DNA of 64,000 bases from the human T2T-CHM13v2.0 reference genome, Homo sapiens. The stretch lies in the NCBI RefSeq assembly GCF_009914755.1, contig NC_060943.1; one strand, written 5' to 3'. Within the stretch, counting starts at the first letter, position 1, and each line of letters starts with the position of its first letter. This document shows positions 52,763 to 64,000 of the stretch, piece by piece. The notes beneath the pieces are model-generated. The model did not search any database, had not been told where the DNA came from, and saw nothing but the letters and a program-made list of their open reading frames with translations. The translations under genes were made by a program, and so were the position numbers.

Positions 52763-52972
52763 AGGAAGGAAGGGAAAGGAGAGGAGGGCAGGGGAGGAAG
52801 AAGAGAAGAGAACGGAAGGGAAAGGGGAAGGGGAAGGGAAAGGGGAAGGGGAAGGGGAAGGGAAAGGGGAAGGGGAAGGGGAAGGGAAAGGGGAAGGGGA
52901 AGGGGAAGGGAAAGGGGAAGGGAAAGGGGAAGGGAAAGGGGAAGGGGAAGGGAAAGGGGAAGGGGAAGAAGG
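52763..52972 (+). repeat. Polypurine (GGGGAA/GGGAAA)n tract
   Basis: About 200 nt of almost pure A/G forming the tail of an Alu right arm. Confidence 0.95.
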
Positions 52973-53199
52973 AAAATCCAAGCCTCAAGTAATCCTCCCA
53001 CCTTGGCCATTCAAAGTACTGCCATAACAGGCATGAGCGACCATGCACATTCCACTTTCATTTTTGAGGATCCACTCTCATAATCTAACCTAATCCTTAT
53101 CATGTCTCAAAAAAACCATTGCCTAATACTGCCACATCAGGGAAGTGGAAAAATAAATAAAATTTTATAAGGACATAAACATTTATTCCACAATAAGTG

Positions 53200-54139
<940 letters not shown>

Positions 54140-54140
<1 letters not shown>

Positions 54141-56746
54141 TGTAAAAAAATAAAAAATGTTAAAAAATGGCTCCTAAGAAGGAATCAAGTGGTCAAACCT
54201 ATCCCTAAAAGGCTAGCAGTGGTTAAAAAGTGGTATCTCTCAATAAGAAAATACAAACCCAAGATGTTTTGAAAAGTGGTGTATCACCTTGAAAATTTCA
54301 TCATAAAGTAAGAACAAACCAAGAAACCACACACTAAAACTGAGAGAAGCTGAAGTTCTTGAAGGTGTTAGAGCTTTTGCCACCGTAGGGTGGCAAAAAT
54401 GATCCCTCTGGTTTATGATAAACTAAGGATAAAGACTAAGAAAGCATTAAGTATGTGGCTAGAGGACATGTCACAGAACCACATCCCTGCTGATGGTAAC
54501 ATCATACTTGAAAAAACACTTAGCCGGGCCAAGCGCAGTGGCTCACTCCTGTAATCCCAGCACTTTGGGAGGCCAAGGCGGGTGGATCACGAGGTCAGGA
54601 GTTCGAGATCAGCCTGACCAACATGGTGAAACCCAGTCTCTACTCAAAAGACAGCTGGGTGTGGTGGCGCGCACATGTAATCCCAGCTACTCAGAAGGCT
54701 GAGGCAGGAGAATCACTTGAACCCGGGAGGTGGGGGTTGCAGTGAGCCAAGATCACGCCACTGTACTCCAGCCTGGGCGACAGAGCAACACTCCGTCTCA
54801 AAAAAAAAAAAAAAAAGAAAGAAAGAAAACAAACAAACAAAAAAACATTTAGCCTCTATGAGCATCACTGTGAGGGGGCTGAGGAGAGCAAGAGGAAGGA
54901 GTTTGAAGCCAGTAAGTTCTGGCTAGGCTAACTATGCAACACAGTGCAGCCCAAGAACTTGAAGACCACAGGAGAACTGGCATCGGCTGAAGCCACGGAA
55001 ACAACAGCATTCCTAGAAGAGCTCATAAAACAGAAAAAAGAAAGACTATCTTCCAGAGTAAATCTTCTATTGTCATGAATCAGGCATGTTCTAGAAGATG
55101 CCCAATGGTACCTTCCGTCATGAGTGCAGGAACTAGGGTTCGAGGCCTGGAAAGACCACCTTATTCTGGTGCTGTCAGGCCATGCATTAGTTCATGAGAA
55201 CAAGCGAGGCTTCATCTACTGAGCAATCACCAGGTTCTTTAGGACAAAAGCAAAACTTGCTGGCCTGTGTCCTGGCAAGAACATAAGAAGGCTTTCTTCT
55301 AGCAATGCTTCACTCCTGATGTGATGGAATACCTCAAAGAGAAGGGACTGCCACTCAAGGTCTTCCTCAGAATTGACAACACTCCAGGCCATCTCTCCAA
55401 TCTCTTTGTTTTGCCTAAAAGAACATGCAAGTGATATTTCTGCCTCCTAAAACTACATCACTGCTGCGTCACTAGATCAAGGCATCATCAAGTGCATTCA
55501 AGTGACTTACATCCACCTGACCTTGGCTGATTTCTTGGAGTCTTGATGCTAACCTTGAATGTACCACAGTGGTTTTATTGAAGAGCTTCACAATTACAAA
55601 TACAATTGTGCTTATTGGGAAGGCTACAGATGCCCTAAAGCCCAGGACAGCCAATGCATGTTACAAGCCATCATGGGGTAAGGGAGTCAATGATTTCAAG
55701 GGCTTCCCCACTATTAATGCAGTTATTAAGAATATGTAAAATGTTGCTAAAAAAGTTGATGGAGAACGCTGTCTGAAACGACTGAGGATGACGTTAAGGA
55801 ACACACCGAAAAGCAAAGAGAAACCCTTACCAGCTAGGAACTTCAAAGTCTGCTGAAATCCACTACAGATGATGATGAGCTAGAAAACTTAGAGGACACA
55901 GAGCCATTGATTTGGACACTTGAAAAGTTTGCCACAGTTTTTCAGTAGGCAAAGGTGAAAAAGAGGTACGATCCTCAAAGATCCTACAATGGAACAAAGC
56001 TTTCACTCCACCCGAGAAATAACAACATGCCTATAAACACTGCAAGATTTTTTTTTTAATGAAGCAAAGGAAAAGAAGAACTAGCTTCCTATAACTAAGC
56101 ATCTGCAAAGAAGATGGAACATTCAATGGTTACAGATCTTCAGCCCTCAAGCCAAACAGATCCTAACATTAGTATTACATAGCCTCCTCAAATGAGTCCA
56201 CATCTATAATCACAAGTTGGTTCTTCCAACATAGATGATAGTCCTGATGGCCTGTCAAGATTCAAGTTAACCTGATGTCTCACTACTTACCCACAATGCC
56301 ATACATCTAGTCATCTCAACACATCAAAACACTGGGCACCACAGAATCATCATCATTGTTATAATCACTATACTTGGGTTATCAAGAGAGAAGACCCAGG
56401 GTTTTGGTAAGTGTTAACACATTAAACAAAAGCAATATGTGAGAGTTGAAACAAAGAAACTTTAATGTTCTGGCTGACTATACTATGTTGATAGGCTGAC
56501 AATTACTGCATCTATACTGAAAATACATAGACTCTTTTCCTTATCATGAGTCCCTAAACAATACAATAGAACAACTATTTGCATAGCTTTTACAATGCAT
56601 GAGGTATTTTAAGTAATCTAGACATAATTGAGAGTATACAAGAGGATGTGGGTAAGTTACATACAAATATGTCATTTTATAAAAGGGACTGGACATGGCT
56701 CACGGAGTGCTGGAACCAATACCCAGCAGGTATCAAGGGATGACTG
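54140..56746 (+). mobile_element. Tigger-type transposon (degenerate transposase from ATG ~54167) with a MER2-like right end, at the 3' end of ZNF799
   Basis: MAPKKESS start, CHESGMF (degenerate DETG motif, ~55070), IDNTPGH (~55372), FLPPKTTSLL..DQG (~55437); ends GGGATGACTG|TA at 56746. Confidence 0.85.
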
Positions 56747-56889
56747 TACTGGAAAGAAACTGAAATTACTTAAGGTTTTACCAAGTGCTTACATTCACAG
56801 GGTCTATCTCCAATGTGTTTCGTACAAGTATCTGAAATGAAATAAAATTAATAAATGCTTTCCCACATTCCATACATTTAGAGAGAATG

Positions 56890-58630
56890 CTAGTGAGTCT
56901 TTTTATGTCTATGCAAGGAACTGAGAGAAGCAAATGCTTTCCCACATTCCTTACATCCATACGGGTTCTCTCCAGTGTGAGTTTTTTTCCAGTGAGTCTT
57001 TTTATGTCTATGCAAGGAACTGAGAGAAGCAAATGCTTTCCCACATTCCTTACATTCATACGGGTTCTCTCCAGTATGAGTTTTTTCATGTCCTTGAAGA
57101 AAACGGGAATGAGTGAAGGCTTTACCACATTGTTGACACTCATAGGGTTTCTCTCTCATGTGAATTCTTTCATGTCGTAGAAAGCAAGTGAGCCAAGAGA
57201 ATGCTTTCCCACATTCCTTACATTCATACGGCTTCTCTCCAGAGTGAATTCTTTCATGTACTTTTAAGTTACCAAAATGACTGAAGGCTTTCTTACATGT
57301 GTTACACTCATAAGGTTTCTCTCCTGTGTGAGTCCTTCTATGTTGAGAAAGGTATTGGAAACAACTGAATGCTTTCCCACATTCCTTACACTCATATGGC
57401 TTCTCTCCAGCATGAGTTGTTTTGTGATTTTGAAAGGAATAGAAATCAATAAAGGCTTTCCCACATTTGCATTTATAGGGTTTCTCTCCAGTATGAGTTG
57501 TTTCATGCCTTCGAAGAGAACTGGAAATACGGTAGGCTTTGCCACATTGTTTACATTTATAGGGTTTCTCTGCAGTGTGAGTCTTTTCATGCCTTTGAAA
57601 TACACTGGGATAAACAAAGGCTTTCCCACATATCTTGCATTTGTGAGGTCCATCTCCAGTGTGCATTGTCATGTGTCTTCGAAAGCTTGAGCTATGAGAT
57701 AACGCTTTCCCACACTGCTTGCATTCATAGAGTTTCTCTCCAGTGTGAGTTCTTTCATGACTTTTCAGTGAACTAGGACAATCAAAGCCTTTTCCACATA
57801 TCTTACACTTATGAGGTCCATCTCTCGTGTGCATTACCATGTGTCTTTGAAAGCTTCCCAGATGATGAAACGCTTTCCCACATTGCTGACATGCATAGGG
57901 TTTCTCATCAGTGTGAGTTGTTTCGTGTCTTCGAAGGGAAGTGGAAGCACTGAAGGCTTTCCCACATTGTTTACATGTATAGGGTTTCTTTCCAGTGTGA
58001 GTTCTTTCATGTCTTAGACAAGAACTGTAATCAGGGAAGGCTTTAGAACACTGTTTACATTCATACGGTTTCTCCCCAGTATGTGTTCTTTCATGTCTTA
58101 GATAGGAACTGTAAAAAGAAAAGGCTTTAGAACACTGCTTACATTCATATGGTTTCTCTCCAGTGTGCGTTCTCTCATGCATATGTAATAAACTGGGCCA
58201 AAAAAACGCTTTCCCACACAACTTACATTTATAAGGTCCATCTCCACGCTGCACTGCCATGTGTCTTTGAAGGTTTCCCAAAGAACTGAAGGACTTCCCA
58301 CATTCTTTACAATTATATGGTTTCTTTCCAGTGTGAAGCCTCTCATGTGTTTGAAGTGAGTTGTGGTAACTGAAGGCTTTCCCACGTTGTTTATGCGTAT
58401 CTGGCTTCTCTCCACATTCATGATACTCATATGGTTTGTGCCCAGCACCAACTCTGATGTAACAATTAAGGGATGAATGACCCATGATGACTTCTCCACT
58501 CATACGGCTTTCATATGGACCTACTCCAGGAAGAGTGTTCTTGGTCACAATACTATCTTGAATCTGGCTAGATGTTTCTCCACATTGAGTTCCATCTTTA
58601 CTTTCAACAAATCTCTCTAACATACGACAT
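56890..58630 (-). CDS. ZNF799: ZNF799 last coding exon: spacer plus 17 C2H2 finger units
   Basis: Acceptor ttttacag at 58631; stop TAG at 56890. 3+127+61+1741 = 1932 nt = 643 aa, consistent with ZNF799 rather than its longer twin ZNF443. Confidence 0.88.
56892..57087 (-). repeat. 99-bp tandem duplication of the last zinc finger
   Basis: 56892-56990 vs 56991-57087; only 2 mismatches seen. Confidence 0.95.
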
Positions 58631-59026
58631 CTGTAAAAAATGGGAAATATATCACTAAAAGTCGGTCTATAAATAATTGTATAGGTATTAATAAGTATTG
58701 GATGTACATTTTTAACACTATCATGCAAAGTGCAGGCTTCGTGTCCTGCTTGAACGTGAATGGATGGAATGCTGTGCAAGGTAACTCGACCCAGGTGTTC
58801 TCAAGACAATCACATTCATATGTGGATTCATAATATTGTTGTCATGGGAACTAATTTATGAACACTGAACAGCTATGGAACATTTAAGTATATATTTTGG
58901 AGAAAATTTTCTAAGAATAAATAAATTTAAGCTAGGCTTGTTCATTTTCTTTGCTTGTTTTTAAATTTTCATATCATTCTCAGAACGGCTCCAGGGACAT
59001 ATCTTTCTCTTGTGAGTATAAATTAC

Positions 59027-59087
59027 CTTAGATTTTTCCTGGGATATCTATATTGATCTTCAATGTTCTGGTCTTTCCATTTCATTC
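59027..59087 (-). CDS. ZNF799: ZNF799 KRAB-B exon (61 nt)
   Basis: ttttag|GAATGAAATGG...CTAAG|gtaatt; GMKWKDQNIEDQYRYPRKNLR. Confidence 0.9.
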
Positions 59088-59691
59088 CTAAAAGGTATAC
59101 ACAGAAAAATCATTACAAATTTTTACAAAATTATAGACAAACAGTAACATTTTGATGTACACTGCAATCGTTCAAAATGCATTCACTGAAGTACACCTGA
59201 CTCTTGAAAAACAGAGGTTTGAACTGCACAAGTCCATTTGTATATACATATATATATGAATGTTCTTCAGTCTCTGCTACCCAAGACACTAAGACCAGCC
59301 CCTCCTCTTACTCAGCCTACTCAATGTGAAGACAATGAGAATGAAAACCTTTCTGATGATGCACTTCCACTTAATGAACAGTAAATACAGTTTCTCTTCC
59401 TTATGATTATCTTTTTAACACTTTCTGTTTCTAGCTTACTTTACTGTGAGAATATACGATGTAATAATACGACATAAAATATATGTATTAATCACTGCTT
59501 ATGTGACTGATAATGCTGCCCATCAATAGTAGGCTAAGATGTGGACAAAAAGTTATATGAGGATGTACAACTGCTACAGGAGCTGGCACCCCTAAACCCT
59601 GTTTTTTTTTTTCCAGGGCCAACCATATCCCCTTTCCATATTCCAAATCTTTGAACAGCATGAATGACCAAGAAACAAATGTCTCCAATTA

Positions 59692-59886
<195 letters not shown>

Positions 59887-61879
59887 TCACAGTACTGAGA
59901 ATCTATACTCACTTCATAAATTTCACATGATGCTGTGGTTTCCAACCATTTTATTCAATGACATGGTAAACCCACTCTTATTCTCTGTCTACACTCACTT
60001 TCTCCTACACAGTAACTCTGAAGCTACAGTTAAACATGTTTGGTAAATTAACAGTGGGATAGAAACATGCCACTTGTTGGCGAACTGAGTGAGTGAATCA
60101 CATAGCCTGGATCACCCCTAATGTCGATTTCCACAGTGGGTCTGCAGTCCTTGGCACGATAAAGTCCTACTACTTATTGTGCAAAAGGGAGTTACCATTA
60201 GCAGTGCTGAGACTGTGTGTCCTTACAAATGCTTTTTCACAAAGTTGGGCTTTTCATGGTATCTAGACAGTGTATTTAGGGGAGGGCCCCAGGAGCGTAA
60301 CTAATAATAGGGGTGGAGTGTGCCTAAATTGTTTACGCAAAAAAAATACAGTATTTCCTTAACCCCATCTTCCTTCTGAGAGTTTGGAATTTTGTTACAT
60401 ACTCAGCACAGGGAGTGCACCTGATCAGCCACTGCTAGGTTTGAATGGTTGTCCCCTCCAAAATGCACACTGAATGTTAATCTCCAAAGTGGCAGTAAAA
60501 AAAAAAAAGTGAGGTTTAAGAGGTGATGTAGTCCTAAGGGTTTGGACCTCATGAATAGATTAATCCGTAACGGGTGAATGAATAAATGAGCTATCTCATG
60601 TCCTTCTGAGAAGAGTAAGAGATCTGAGCTAGACACTCAGCTCCCTCACCATGTGATACTCTATGCCGCCTAGGGACTCTGCAGAGTCCCCACCAGCAAG
60701 AAGGTTCTCACCAGATGCCCAGCCTTAACCTTGGACTTCCCAGCCTCCAGAAATGTAAAAATTAAATACTGTTTCTTATAAATTACCGAGGTTCAGTAAT
60801 TCTGTTATGAATAACAAGAAACAGGCTAAGACAGCTACAAAGAAACACTCTGGGCATTGGGTCTATAATGAACTTTCTGGGTAGATAACATTTCACGTTT
60901 TGTTGCAACTTGTTATTTGGGGGATTTAGCCCATCCTATGTGATTATACTTACAGAGAATATTTGGAAGCTGGCAACTAGTTTCCTTTAGATCAAATGTA
61001 CTGAAGTATGACAACAGACTGAGAAAAGATATTACACCACCTCAAAGGAAAAATTTTAAACATTTTGAGTAACGCCAAAGGGGAAAGAAAGAAGGGGAAA
61101 GACTGCACATATTCTTAGAAAGAACTCAGTGTCATCTCTCATGAATATTTATAATACTTACTAAGAAACTAAAACAAATCTTTTAGTAGTCAACAAAAAT
61201 TACATTACCAAATCTAATAGAACTCACAGTATCTAAAAAATGCTGAAAGCCTTCTCACCAAGAAAGTGCAGCATTCCAAAAACAAATAAAGGATTTTATT
61301 TGGCACCCCGTACTATTAACAGAGAGATAAATATATATATAAAGAAAAATGAAAACTGGTAGAAAAGTCTTGTGGAGCTTTTATTTGTCCTTGGCCCAAT
61401 CCCTCCCCCTATCAATACCAGTCTTGAACACAGCAGCCTGAGTTCCCGGTATAGAACCCTGGACACTAATTCTAGAGACAGCGTATCAGATCTTATTTGC
61501 AAATTATTGCCTTGCATTTTCCAATCTGTATAAGGACTATCCCGAGGTCTGAAACAAAGCTGTCTTTTTTTTTTTTTTTTTTTGAGACGGAGTCTTGCTC
61601 TGTCACCCAGACTGGAGTGCAGCCACACAACCTTGGCTCACTACAACCTGACTCCCGGGTTCAAGTTATTCCACCCAGCCTCAGCCTCCTGAGTAGCTGG
61701 GAGTACAGGCATGCTCCACCACATCCGGCCAACTTTTGTATTTTTACTAGAGACGGGGTTTCACCCTGTTGGCCAGGCTGGTCTCAAACTCCTGACCTCA
61801 AATGATCCGCCTGCCTTAGCCTCCCAAAGTGCTAGGATTACAGGTGTGAGCCACAGTGCCCAGCCAAGGCCCTCTCTTC

Positions 61880-63690
<1,811 letters not shown>

Positions 63691-64000
63691 GAAACAACAG
63701 CCTGTCACAGTGGCTCACCCCTGTAATGCCAACACTTTGAGATGCAAGACAGGAGGACTGCTTAAGATCAAGACTTTGAGTCCACACTCGGCAACACAAT
63801 GAGACTCTGTCTCTAGGAAACGTGTAAAAAAAAAAAAAAATTAGCCAGGCGTGGTGGCCTGCACCTGTAGTCCCAGCTACTCAGGAAAGCAAGTAGGGAG
63901 GATCTCCTGAGCCCAGGAGTTGGAGGTTATAGTTAACTATGATTGCTCCACTGCACTCTAGCCTAGGTGATAGAGCAAGACCCTGTCTCAAAAAAAAAAA

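Noticed and set aside
58631-58779. N-terminal 50 aa of the 629-aa ORF (and MFY at 17667-17677)
   Set aside because: Intronic sequence upstream of the canonical ttttacag acceptor; the true N-terminus comes from spliced KRAB exons.

Overview
Primate (human-like) genomic DNA from a tandem KRAB C2H2 zinc-finger gene cluster, recognised as the 19p13.2 ZNF563-ZNF442-ZNF799 interval. All genes are on the minus strand. Left to right: (1) the CpG promoter/first-exon end of a paralogue, probably ZNF563 (1-870); (2) an old L1 broken up by Alus (~6-13 kb); (3) the complete ZNF442 gene (zinc-finger exon 16049-17666, KRAB-B 18358-18418, KRAB-A 19336-19462, N-terminal exon 29900-29977, CpG-island exon 1 ~31879-32000; 627 aa), with a 3'-truncated SVA in an intron and a MER11 solo LTR nested in an ERV1-type LTR upstream of its promoter; (4) an RPS29 processed pseudogene; (5) a disabled KRAB-ZNF copy with no visible promoter (46160-50034); (6) exons 2-4 of ZNF799 (56890-59847; 643 aa if exon 1, outside the window, supplies only the ATG). 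Each of the three ZNF units carries the same fossil elements: a long Tigger-type transposon with a MER2-like end just past the stop codon, Tigger2a between KRAB-A and KRAB-B, and an MST LTR upstream of KRAB-A. Alu density is very high (roughly 60 copies or fragments). I found no convincing wholly new biological system. The best leads are evolutionary or regulatory: a candidate autonomous parent of MER2 in three copies, a promoterless and mosaic exon 2-4 cassette, a frameshift-born C-terminus, and alternative N-terminal exon/uORF logic in ZNF442.
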